From assembly GCF_000729995.1 (NCBI RefSeq), contig NZ_JNFG01000002.1, positions 67,428-99,427 on the forward strand: DNA of 32,000 bases, written 5' to 3'. Source of the DNA: Caballeronia sordidicola. GTDB taxonomy: Bacteria; Pseudomonadota; Gammaproteobacteria; Burkholderiales; Burkholderiaceae. The translations under genes and the position numbers were made by a program. This document shows positions 1 through 7,828 of this stretch, piece after piece (the first letter of the stretch is position 1; every line of letters starts with the position of its first letter). The notes below the pieces were generated by a model. That model ran no database searches, was not told the origin of the DNA, and was given only the letters and a program-made list of their open reading frames with translations.

Positions 1-89
1 GCGACTCTCGAACTCGTGATCCGCCCGCAGCGGCACGAAGAGGATGCCGCGCTAACGGGAAGCAAATTAAGGAATGTCGAATATGAGGA

Positions 90-320
90 ATGATGGCATC
101 CGCAACTGTGACATCTAAAGGGCAGGTGACGATTCCGCTGGACGTTCGCAACCAACTCGGGTTGGGTGCAGGGGACCGCATCGAGTTCATCCTCAACGAC
201 GAAACGGGGTGGTACGAAATCTTACCTGCTAATCGCTCCGTGACCGCGCTGAAGCGAATCATCCGCAAACCTGCGAAACCAGTGTCGATTGAGGAAATCA
301 ACTCGGCAATCGACGAGTAG
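90..320 (+). CDS. AbrB/MazE/SpoVT-family antitoxin (VapB-like)
   Basis: 76-aa ORF. The N-terminal motif SKGQVTIPLDVRNQLGLGAGDRIEF is typical of the SpoVT-AbrB swapped-hairpin DNA-binding domain. A GAGGA sits just upstream. A PIN-toxin-like start follows 14 nt downstream. Confidence 0.8.
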   Translation: MMASATVTSKGQVTIPLDVRNQLGLGAGDRIEFILNDETGWYEILPANRSVTALKRIIRKPAKPVSIEEINSAIDE

Positions 321-334
321 GGAGCATCGGCTCG

Positions 335-418
335 ATGATCGGCCTCGATATGCATGTGTTGGTTCGCTGTTTTGCACATGATCTTGGCCTTGGAGCCCGA
401 CGGATTTTAAACAGCTGA
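335..418 (+). pseudogene. Truncated PIN-domain toxin (VapC N-terminal stump, 27 codons)
   Basis: My own translation gives ATG at 335, MIGLDMHVLVRCFAHDLGLGARRILNS, then TGA at 416-418. The first ~16 residues match the conserved VapC N-terminus (M-x-GLDTNVLVRY..D, including the first catalytic Asp). Similarity then stops, and the stop codon overlaps the SD of the next gene. Confidence 0.5.
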
Positions 419-430
419 GGAGTTCGTTCG

Positions 431-721
431 ATGAAGCCGTCCATTGCACTTGATTCGCACCGCGCTGAGATCAGGCTTATTGTCGAGGCAAACCGCGCCA
501 TCAATGCGCGCGTATTTGGTTCTGTCCTGCGCGGGGAAGATACGGAGGACAGTGATCTGGATATCCTGGTTGACCCGGAACCGGGGATGACCCTGTTGAA
601 TATCGGTTCGATCCGGCGCCAACTGGCACAGTTGCTTGGCGTCTCGGTAGACGTCCTGACCCCGAATGCACTTCCCGAAAAATTTCGTGGAGCTGCGGTT
701 GCTGAGGCGGTGCCGATATAA
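431..721 (+). CDS. Minimal nucleotidyltransferase, MNT type (COG1669-like, DNA polymerase beta superfamily)
   Basis: 96 aa. Contains the NTase signature FGSVLRGEDTEDSDLDILVD (G-S ... D-x-D). Length and C-terminal VDVL..NALPEKFR pattern fit the MNT partners of HEPN-MNT modules. A GAGGAG SD lies 7 nt upstream. Confidence 0.8.
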   Translation: MKPSIALDSHRAEIRLIVEANRAINARVFGSVLRGEDTEDSDLDILVDPEPGMTLLNIGSIRRQLAQLLGVSVDVLTPNALPEKFRGAAVAEAVPI

Positions 722-764
722 GATTCGCGGATTTTTGGACTGACGTAGATAACTGGAGCCCATC

Positions 765-1106
765 ATGAAAACCGTTACTCTAGGCGTCGCCTCGCGCGAA
801 ACCGTCAACAAGCGGTTTTTGGCAGCGTTCGAAGGCAAGGCGCAAGGCGCATACATCACGTTCGAATCGCCGGAACTGCTGTTCCAGACGCTTACGCAAA
901 TGCGTTGGAACATCATCAAAGCCATCACGGCGACGGGGCCGCTGTCTATTCGCGAGATTGCTCGTCGCGTGGGGCGAGACGTAAAGGCCGTACATAGAGA
1001 CGTGCATGCGTTGCTTGATGCCGGAGTCATCGAGCGTAACGCAGAGGGTGCGATAGTGTTCCCTTACGAGGCCGTCCACGTCGATTTCATGCTGCAAGCA
1101 GCATAG
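765..1106 (+). CDS. Winged-helix DNA-binding protein (HVO_A0114 / COG4190-like predicted regulator)
   Basis: 113 aa. The pattern ..LGVAS....NKRF..AFEG......ITFES.ELL...LT..RW.II..I...GPLSIREIARRVGRDVKAVHRDVHALLDAGVIE matches, from memory, the small wHTH family annotated as HVO_A0114-type putative DNA-binding proteins. A GGAG SD lies upstream. The gap to the NTase gene is 43 nt. Confidence 0.6.
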   Translation: MKTVTLGVASRETVNKRFLAAFEGKAQGAYITFESPELLFQTLTQMRWNIIKAITATGPLSIREIARRVGRDVKAVHRDVHALLDAGVIERNAEGAIVFPYEAVHVDFMLQAA

Positions 1107-1333
1107 AAAGACAAGGTCGTCTCGGCACAAACTTCAACTGCTCGGACTGGTCGAATCGAAGATAACGAAGGAGGTTCCCGACACGGTGTTCGTGCACTCG
1201 ACCGCCGAAAGGAAAGCGCTGAGGTTCGGCACCTGCGACATGCAGATGTATACGGGCGCATACCGGCATGGTGCCGGGCACGCGCCCGATGAACTAAAAG
1301 GTTCACGTGCAGATCACCCGCACACCCAACCGC

Positions 1334-1897
1334 TCACGGACTAAGCTTCGAGATTTTCTGACCCTGAATACCTACCCCGGCCATCAGCCCTTGCTGACCA
1401 TAAATGAACGCATAGACGTCAGACTGCAGCGTGGTCGATGTCAACGACCGGGCCGTGCCGGAATCCACGACAACCACGCTTGGCCCCGCGCCAATCGACC
1501 AGCCGCCGCTAGTCTGCAGATACTTGATGGCGGAATCGGTCGTGAGGAACATGGCTTCCTGAAACGATTGCGCGCCGGCTTGCAGCCCATACGAAACGGA
1601 CGTCGCATTGTAGTAGCCCATCACTTTCCCATCCGCGCCAAACATCACGCCGTTTCCTTCCTCGGCTCCGACGATCAAGCCCGCCTTGAGTATCTCCGGA
1701 AACACGAGCACCGCCTTCGCTCGGGACTGGAGCAACTTCGCATTGGGTGTAGTGCTGTACAACTGCTGGAGCGCTGCGCGCGCCTTTGCTTCCAGATCCG
1801 GGTCGACCCCGTTGGTCGGGGGTATTTGCGAAGTCGAACAGGAGGTCGCAAACAGCAGGAGCAGGTTAACGAGGATCAGTCTGATGCATTGGGTCAT
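1334..1897 (-). CDS. Lipid-binding SYLF (Ysc84/DUF500) domain lipoprotein
   Basis: The ORF track gives 1334..1942. I prefer the internal ATG at 1897, which has a GGAG SD 8 nt upstream. It is followed by signal peptide MTQCIRLILVNLLLLFATSC with a lipobox-like Cys. The body (AKAVLVFPEILKAGLIVGAEEGNGV..YY..SVSYGLQAGAQS..GGWSIGAG) resembles bacterial SYLF lipoproteins such as B. pseudomallei BPSL1445. Confidence 0.7.
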   Translation of the reverse strand: MTQCIRLILVNLLLLFATSCSTSQIPPTNGVDPDLEAKARAALQQLYSTTPNAKLLQSRAKAVLVFPEILKAGLIVGAEEGNGVMFGADGKVMGYYNATSVSYGLQAGAQSFQEAMFLTTDSAIKYLQTSGGWSIGAGPSVVVVDSGTARSLTSTTLQSDVYAFIYGQQGLMAGVGIQGQKISKLSP

Positions 1898-2519
1898 GAG
1901 GTCAACTCCGCTTGCAGATCGGTCATATCCGGTTGAATACAACTTTGGGGTAGATGCGCTTTATCGGTGGTAATGACGGTTGGCGTTTTTAATTTGGAAT
2001 ACGTCCCAGCGCACGGATTAATAGCTTGAGTCAAATAGCCTTGACCAGCAGCTGTTATCTGAAATGATTGAGTGGTCAATAATATTATTCGGCGTATTCA
2101 ATAAAAATTTCAATTGAAGGCGATTGATAACACGTTTAGAAACGATAAGTGTGTTTAACGCCAAGACCGCCCAAGGCCGCGTTGTAACGTGCATAGCGGG
2201 CGCTCGGTGAGCGACAAATTTAAACCGTCGGGACTCCGCGAGCAGGCCTCGTCGCTCTTGCTTTAAACGGAAATTTTAATACGGTAGGAGGTTATATCAA
2301 GCATTCTAATTTGGCAAAACATCACGGATTGAATAAGCAATAGAATTAATCTCGAAATTCGTTTCGTTGTTGCAATTTTTTATACAGCGAACATATCCAC
2401 CAAAAATATGTTCAAGTGCGCCGATCCGTCCGCAGTCTCAAAGCAACCTTAGACACCCGATCTGCCCCGCCATCACGACGCGTTACCATGCCTGTTCGTC
2501 ATGACTTGCGACCCTTGCC

Positions 2520-3563
2520 GTGAACATCCGCTTCCTCGAAACCTTCGTCTGGCTCGCCAAACTCCAGAATTTCCGCCTGACGGCCGAAAAACTGCACACC
2601 ACGCAAGCGGCGGTCTCAAGCAGGATCGCGTCGCTGGAGGAGAGCTTCGACGTCCGCCTGTTCGATCGCAACTCGCGCTCGGCCACGCTCACGCCAGCCG
2701 GTCGCAAGATGCTGGCCTATGCGGAGCGCATCGTGCGCCTTGGCGAGGAAATGCGCCGGGAAGTCGACGACGCCGACGCCGATGCAGGCCTGATCCGCAT
2801 CGGGGTGATCGAATCAATCGTGCATAGCTGGTTTCCCGCGCTGATGGCGCTCGTGCGCGAGCGTTATCCCCGGCTCGAAATAGAAGTCACCAGCGACACC
2901 ACGATTCACCTCGCGAACCTGCTGCGTGGCGGTGAGATCGAGTTGATCCTGCAGACCGATGCAATCGCCGGCCCCGACTTCACGAATCTGCCGCTGTGCG
3001 AGTTCCCGGTGCGTTGGGTGGCCAGTCCCAAGCTCGGGCTCTCAGGCCGGACCCTCGATCTTGCGCAACTGGCGGACTTTCCGATCGTCAGCTTCTCGCG
3101 CCATTCCGGCCCGCACGCGACGCTCGAGCAACTGTTTGCGCTGGCAGTCGAGCGGCCCGCGCGGATCAACTGCATCACGTCGGTGGCGGCAATGATCCGG
3201 CTGGTCGCCGACGGGTTCGGCGTGGCCGCGCTGCCACCCGCGATCATCCAGCGCGAGTTGCGCGAAGGGACGCTTGAGGTCCTCGATGTGAGCGCCGAGT
3301 TTCCATCGCTGCCGCTGGTGGTGACCTGCAGGGCACAGAGTCATCCGCTCGCCGCGCGTATCGCCGATCTGGCACGGCAAGCCGCGAGCGAGTTCGAAAC
3401 AGCGCTCCTCGCTGAGTCGGCACCGGTGGCGAAGACACAGACCAAGCGAGCGGCATCGCCAAAACGCGGCGCCCGCAAGACTGACAGCGCGCGGACGTTG
3501 TCGCCGGCGGTCAACGCTCGCAAACCGCGCCGCACGAGCAAGTCACCGGAAAGCAAGTCATAA
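2520..3563 (+). CDS. LysR-family transcriptional regulator with a 47-aa basic C-terminal tail
   Basis: GTG start. The N-terminal HTH is MNIRFLETFVWLAKLQNFRLTAEKLHTTQAAVSSRIASLEESFDVRLFDR, followed by a LysR substrate-binding-type body. The tail from residue 301 on is K/R/S/P-rich. Confidence 0.9.
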   Translation: MNIRFLETFVWLAKLQNFRLTAEKLHTTQAAVSSRIASLEESFDVRLFDRNSRSATLTPAGRKMLAYAERIVRLGEEMRREVDDADADAGLIRIGVIESIVHSWFPALMALVRERYPRLEIEVTSDTTIHLANLLRGGEIELILQTDAIAGPDFTNLPLCEFPVRWVASPKLGLSGRTLDLAQLADFPIVSFSRHSGPHATLEQLFALAVERPARINCITSVAAMIRLVADGFGVAALPPAIIQRELREGTLEVLDVSAEFPSLPLVVTCRAQSHPLAARIADLARQAASEFETALLAESAPVAKTQTKRAASPKRGARKTDSARTLSPAVNARKPRRTSKSPESKS

Positions 3564-3664
3564 GGAAATTTGTTCACGCCGTATTTGTTTTCTTGTTGGA
3601 CCGAAGCACCCGTTGCTCGCGACACTGTTCCCACTACGAATCCACTTTCGCCAGGGAACGATCG

Positions 3665-4297
3665 ATGAGCACATCACAACCGCAGGGCCAGCTTTGCATC
3701 TGGACGGACACCGATCCCGATCCGGTGCAGGAAGCCGATTTCAACGCGTGGTACGACCGTGAGCACATGCAGGAACGCGTCGCGATTCCCGGCTTTCGCT
3801 ACGCACGCCGTTTCAAGGCCACCGATGGCGGCCCGCGCCGCTATCTCGCGCTCTATGTGACTGAGTCGCTCGATGTCTTTCGCAGCGACGCTTATCAACG
3901 CGCCTTCACTGAACAAACTCCATGGTCTCTCGCCAACTTTGCTCGAATGACCGACACGCAACGCCGCGTGGGCGAACTGACACTTGAAACGGGCGACGGT
4001 GAAGGCGTGTTTCTCGCGCTATTTGTGCTGCCGCAGGAACGCGTTGAAGCGGCGTTGTTGAAACCACGCTTCGAAGCGGGTGTGCGTCAGGCCGGCGTTC
4101 ATGCCGCACGGCTTTTTTGCACTGCCCCTGCGTTGTCTGTTTCGCTGACGGCATCGAAGAAACCAGCTTTGCCCGCTGCCGATGCACTCGTATTGATCGA
4201 AGGCAGCGACCCCGAGGCCACCCGCGCGCTTGCCGAAACACTCGCGGACGGTGCCGAAGTCCGTACGTTCCAGATGCTCTGGCGCATGTCGGCCTGA
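3665..4297 (+). CDS. Hypothetical protein, possibly a tandem ferredoxin-like / dimeric alpha-beta-barrel (EthD-like) fold
   Basis: The ORF track gives 3593..4297. I prefer the ATG at 3665 (MSTSQPQ...). The N-terminal string FNAWYDREHMQERVAIPGFRYARRF resembles EthD-like small barrel proteins. The family assignment is not secure. Confidence 0.45.
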   Translation: MSTSQPQGQLCIWTDTDPDPVQEADFNAWYDREHMQERVAIPGFRYARRFKATDGGPRRYLALYVTESLDVFRSDAYQRAFTEQTPWSLANFARMTDTQRRVGELTLETGDGEGVFLALFVLPQERVEAALLKPRFEAGVRQAGVHAARLFCTAPALSVSLTASKKPALPAADALVLIEGSDPEATRALAETLADGAEVRTFQMLWRMSA

Positions 4298-4334
4298 CCC
4301 AACGTGATCCCGCTTTCATCATCCGAGGTTCTCG

Positions 4335-5642
4335 ATGAATACGCTTGCCCAGCAGTCTGATATCGGTTCACCGCACGTCGGACGCGGCCGTCTCGCCACG
4401 GCGAGCATGGTCGGCACGTCGCTCGAGTGGTACGACTTCACGATCTACAACACGCTTGCAGCGCTTGTTTTCAATCACCTGTTCTTCCCCTCGGTCGACC
4501 CGCTCGCGGGCACCATTCTCGCGTTCTCGACCTACGCGGTCGGGTATATCTCGCGGCCGCTCGGCGGCGTGATCTTCGGCAACCTTGGCGACCGTATCGG
4601 CCGTCGTGCCGTCCTGATGCTCACGCTCGTGCTGATGGGCATCACCACAGCGCTGATGGGCTTCCTGCCGACATACGCCGCCATCGGGATCTATAGTCCG
4701 ATCCTGCTCGTTGCGCTGCGCTTCGTGCAGGGCATCGCGCTCGGCGGCGAGTGGGCAGGGGCCGTGCTGCTATCGATTGAACATGGCGATCAGGACAAGC
4801 GCGGCCTGAGCGCGTCGTGGACGCAGGTCGGGCCATCGTTCGGCACGTTGCTCGGGACGGGTCTCATCGCGCTTCTCACGCTCGTGGTCTCCCCCGACGA
4901 CTTCCTCGCCTGGGGCTGGCGTTTGCCCTTTATCGCCAGCATGCTGCTGGTGGTCTTCGGCCTGTGGGTACGGCGCGGTGTCGATGAAACGCCGCAGTTC
5001 GAACAGCTGAGCCACGCCCATGCAACGGCTAAGGTGCCCGTCGTTGAAGTACTCACGCTGCACTGGCGGCGTCTGTTGATTGCGGGCGGTTCGCGGATCG
5101 GATCGGACGTGCTGTACGCGTTGCTGGTCGTGTTCACGCTGACTTATGTCACGACCGTCCTGCATCTCTCGCGTACGACAGCGTTGACCGCCGTGCTGAT
5201 CGGCACCGCGTGCAATGCGTTGAGCGTGCCGTTCTTCGGCGCGCTGTCGGATCGGTTCGGGCGTCGGCCGGTCTATCTAGCGGGTGCATTTGCCGCGCTG
5301 GTGTGGGCGTTTGTTTTCTTCTTGCTCGTGGATAGCGCACAACCGTGGCAGATCGTGCTCGCTGTCGTAGTGGGGCTTGTGATCCATGCCGTGATGTACG
5401 GGCCGCAAGCCGCATTCGTGACCGAGCAGTTTCCAACCCGCGTGCGTTATGCCGGATCGTCGCTTGCTTATACGCTGGCCGGCATTCTCGGCGGTGGCTT
5501 CGCGCCACTCATCATCGTGAGCCTGTTCAAGCACTACAACAGCACGCTGGCGGTCTCGGTGTATGTGGCGATTGCAGTGATTGTCACCGGCATCTCGCTG
5601 ATCGTCGCGCGTGAGACTGCGCGACGGCCACTGGAAAACTAA
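4335..5642 (+). CDS. MFS transporter, metabolite:H+ symporter (MHS) family
   Basis: 435 aa with multiple hydrophobic segments. The N-terminus GTSLEWYDFTIYNTLAALVFNHLFFP and loop motif GNLGDRIGRR are characteristic of ProP/KgtP/ShiA-type MHS transporters. A GAGG SD lies upstream. Confidence 0.85.
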   Translation: MNTLAQQSDIGSPHVGRGRLATASMVGTSLEWYDFTIYNTLAALVFNHLFFPSVDPLAGTILAFSTYAVGYISRPLGGVIFGNLGDRIGRRAVLMLTLVLMGITTALMGFLPTYAAIGIYSPILLVALRFVQGIALGGEWAGAVLLSIEHGDQDKRGLSASWTQVGPSFGTLLGTGLIALLTLVVSPDDFLAWGWRLPFIASMLLVVFGLWVRRGVDETPQFEQLSHAHATAKVPVVEVLTLHWRRLLIAGGSRIGSDVLYALLVVFTLTYVTTVLHLSRTTALTAVLIGTACNALSVPFFGALSDRFGRRPVYLAGAFAALVWAFVFFLLVDSAQPWQIVLAVVVGLVIHAVMYGPQAAFVTEQFPTRVRYAGSSLAYTLAGILGGGFAPLIIVSLFKHYNSTLAVSVYVAIAVIVTGISLIVARETARRPLEN

Positions 5643-5702
5643 GGCGCTACCTGTCGTCCCGGCGCGCGTTGCCGCGCCGCGCTCATCTACTTAAGCTCCC
5701 CA

Positions 5703-6404
5703 ATGACTACGCTTTCCTTCAATGTATTTCCCTTCGGCTCAGCGCCTGTGTCGACCACTGCCAACATAGACGACCTCGTGATCGCAGGCTGGGCAGGGCG
5801 AGACCCTGCCGCGATCCAAGCGCATATCGATGAACTCGCGGCGCTTGGTGTAGCGCCGCCATCAACCACGCCTTGTTTCTATCGCTTGGCCGCTGGCCTG
5901 CTCACGCAGGACGACAGCATTGCCGTGCTCGGTGCGCACTCGGGCGGCGAAGTCGAATGCGTGCTGCTCGATAGCCCGCTTGGCACGCTGGTCGCTATCG
6001 GCTCAGATCATACGGACCGCGAAGTAGAGGCGTATGGGGTGGCGGTATCGAAACAGGTTTGCGCAAAGCCGCTCGGCCGCGATGCCTGGCTTTATGCCGA
6101 TGTCGCCGGGCATTGGGATCAGTTGACGATGCGTTCGTGGCTGAGCACCGCCGACGGTGAACGCCGTCTTTATCAATCGGGCACGGTCAACGGACTGCTG
6201 GACCCATCTGATTTATGGCGCAGGTTCGCAGGTGCGCCAACGCTGCCTGCGAAGAGCGCAATGTTCGGCGGTACGCTTTCTGTGCACGGCGCGATCGCGG
6301 CGATGTCCTCGGGCGATGTCTTCGAACTCGAGCTCCACGATCCAGTGCTCGGCCGCACTTTGAAACATCGATATTCGGTGGCTTCGCTGCCGGTCGTCGC
6401 CTGA
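5703..6404 (+). CDS. DUF2848-like protein of unknown function
   Basis: 233 aa. The pattern VIAGWAGRD....IQAHIDELAALGV..PS..P.FY......LT....I.VLG..SGGEVE.VL.......L..IGSDHTDREVE......SKQ.C.KP matches my memory of the DUF2848 family. Needs HMM confirmation. Confidence 0.5.
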   Translation: MTTLSFNVFPFGSAPVSTTANIDDLVIAGWAGRDPAAIQAHIDELAALGVAPPSTTPCFYRLAAGLLTQDDSIAVLGAHSGGEVECVLLDSPLGTLVAIGSDHTDREVEAYGVAVSKQVCAKPLGRDAWLYADVAGHWDQLTMRSWLSTADGERRLYQSGTVNGLLDPSDLWRRFAGAPTLPAKSAMFGGTLSVHGAIAAMSSGDVFELELHDPVLGRTLKHRYSVASLPVVA

Positions 6405-6423
6405 CTTTTACTGGATCATTTCC

Positions 6424-7788
6424 ATGACGCTCTTCGCTCTCAAGACTCCACTCGCCGACCTCGCCGCCATGCTTGACGCAGGCACGACGACCTCGCGCGA
6501 ACTGACTGAAACCGCGCTGGAACGCATCGCTGCCGATGGCGGCAATGGCGGCGCCGCGTTTTGTTTCGTGGACGCTGACGGCGCCCGCCGCCAGGCCGAT
6601 GCCCTAGATGCCCTACGCAGCGCCGGCACGCGTCTCTCGCCGCTGGCAGGTGTGCCGGTATCGGTCAAGGATCTCTTCGATGTAAAAGGTCAGCCGACCC
6701 GCGCCGGTTCTCGCGTCCTCGCCGACGCTCCGCCTGCTCGCGCCGACGCGCCCGCGATTGCCCGGCTGAGGCGAGCCGGTGCGGTGCTGATCGGGCGCAC
6801 GAACATGAGCGAGTTCGCGTTCTCGGGGCTGGGCCTCAATCCGCACTACGGCACGCCGGCGTCGCCGTGGCGCCGGAGTGAACGGCATGTTGCGGGCGGG
6901 TCATCGTCGGGGGCGGCGGCTTCCGTAGCCGATGGTTTGGCGGCAGCGGGCCTGGGCAGCGACACGGGCGGGTCGCTGCGGATTCCTGCCGCGTTTTGTG
7001 GGCTCACGGGTTTCAAACCGAGCGCGGGACGTGTGCCGACTGAAGGCGTTGTGCCGCTGTCGCCGACGCTCGATGTAGTCGGCGCCATTGCGCCGAGTGT
7101 CGCCTGCTGCGCGATGATGGATGGCGTGCTTTCAGGTGCCTCGTTCGATGCAAGAAGGACGCTTGCGGGCGCGCGGTTTGCGGTGCTGCGCAACTATGTG
7201 ATGGACGGTATCGAGCCGGAAGTCGCGCGAACCTATGAAGCGGCGTTGGATAGGCTCGCTCATGCCGGGGCGTTGCTCACGGAAGTTCGTTTCGCGCCGC
7301 TCGATCCACTTCCTGCGATCAACACGTTCGGCTTTTCGCCGATAGAAGCGTTTGCCGCTCATCGCTCGCGGCTGGCGACGCAGGCCGATATGTACGATCG
7401 GCGCGTGCTGGCGCGGATCAGGCGCGGCGAGGCGGCATCGGCGGCGGACTACCTCGATCTGCTCGCGGCGCGGCGCACGACCATCGCGGCGGCTCGGCAG
7501 TTCTTCGCCGGTTTCGATGCGTTCGTCATGCCTACTGTTCCTATCGCTCCGCCTACGATTGCCGCGCTCGAAGCTGACGACGCCGCCTTCGCCGCAGCCA
7601 ATGCGCTGGTGCTTCGCAATCCGAGCGTAGTGAATTTTTTAGATGGCTGTGCGGTTTCAGTGCCTTGCCATCGGGAGGGGGATGTGCCGGTGGGGTTCAG
7701 CATCGGTGGATTTCATGGACAGGATGAGGGGATCCTGGAGCTGGCGGGTGCGGTGGAAAACGCGCTTGGGGTTTGTAAAGTGTATTAA
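6424..7788 (+). CDS. Amidase-signature (AS) family amidase
   Basis: 454 aa. Contains the catalytic Lys context GVPVSVKDLFDVKG, the Gly/Ser-rich signature GGSSSGAAASVADG, and the Ser-cis-Ser region GSDTGGSLRIPAAFCG. Confidence 0.9.
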   Translation: MTLFALKTPLADLAAMLDAGTTTSRELTETALERIAADGGNGGAAFCFVDADGARRQADALDALRSAGTRLSPLAGVPVSVKDLFDVKGQPTRAGSRVLADAPPARADAPAIARLRRAGAVLIGRTNMSEFAFSGLGLNPHYGTPASPWRRSERHVAGGSSSGAAASVADGLAAAGLGSDTGGSLRIPAAFCGLTGFKPSAGRVPTEGVVPLSPTLDVVGAIAPSVACCAMMDGVLSGASFDARRTLAGARFAVLRNYVMDGIEPEVARTYEAALDRLAHAGALLTEVRFAPLDPLPAINTFGFSPIEAFAAHRSRLATQADMYDRRVLARIRRGEAASAADYLDLLAARRTTIAAARQFFAGFDAFVMPTVPIAPPTIAALEADDAAFAAANALVLRNPSVVNFLDGCAVSVPCHREGDVPVGFSIGGFHGQDEGILELAGAVENALGVCKVY

Positions 7789-7828
7789 TGCATGATGCAC
7801 TGATCTGGTAGTCACTAAATTGCGCGCC

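Noticed and set aside
1-89. An open reading frame touching the left edge. On the plus strand it reads ..ATLELVIRPQRHEEDAALTGSKLRNVEYEE-stop. On the minus strand the same codon phase reads VPLRADHEFESR...
   Set aside because: Both strands are open in the same codon phase with similar GC3. The fragment is too short to assign a strand or a product.
930-1010. An R-x5-H string (RDVKAVH, followed by RDVH) inside the 113-aa protein. It superficially fits the HEPN Rx4-6H catalytic motif.
   Set aside because: The string lies in what looks like the recognition helix of a winged-helix domain (SIREIARRVGRDVKAVHRDVHALLDAGVIE). DUF86 HEPN proteins typically show R-N-x-x-x-H-x-Y near the C-terminus of a four-helix bundle. 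The point is kept as a caveat in the finding rather than used as a HEPN call.
1186-1341. A 52-codon ORF (VFVHSTAERKALRFGTCDMQMYTGAYRHGAGHAPDELKGS...) preceded by a strong AAGGAGG at 1168-1174, in the gap after the wHTH gene. It could have been a missing third component of the MNT module.
   Set aside because: It has a GTG start with 11-nt spacing and no recognisable motif (in particular no HEPN Rx4-6H context). Its end overlaps the convergent lipoprotein gene. The evidence is insufficient to call it.
2064-2117. A 17-codon hydrophobic mini-ORF (MIEWSIILFGVFNKNFN) in the AT-rich gap, reminiscent of type I toxin or leader peptides.
   Set aside because: It has no SD and no flanking antisense-RNA-like structure that I can see. 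ORFs of this size are expected by chance in AT-rich sequence.
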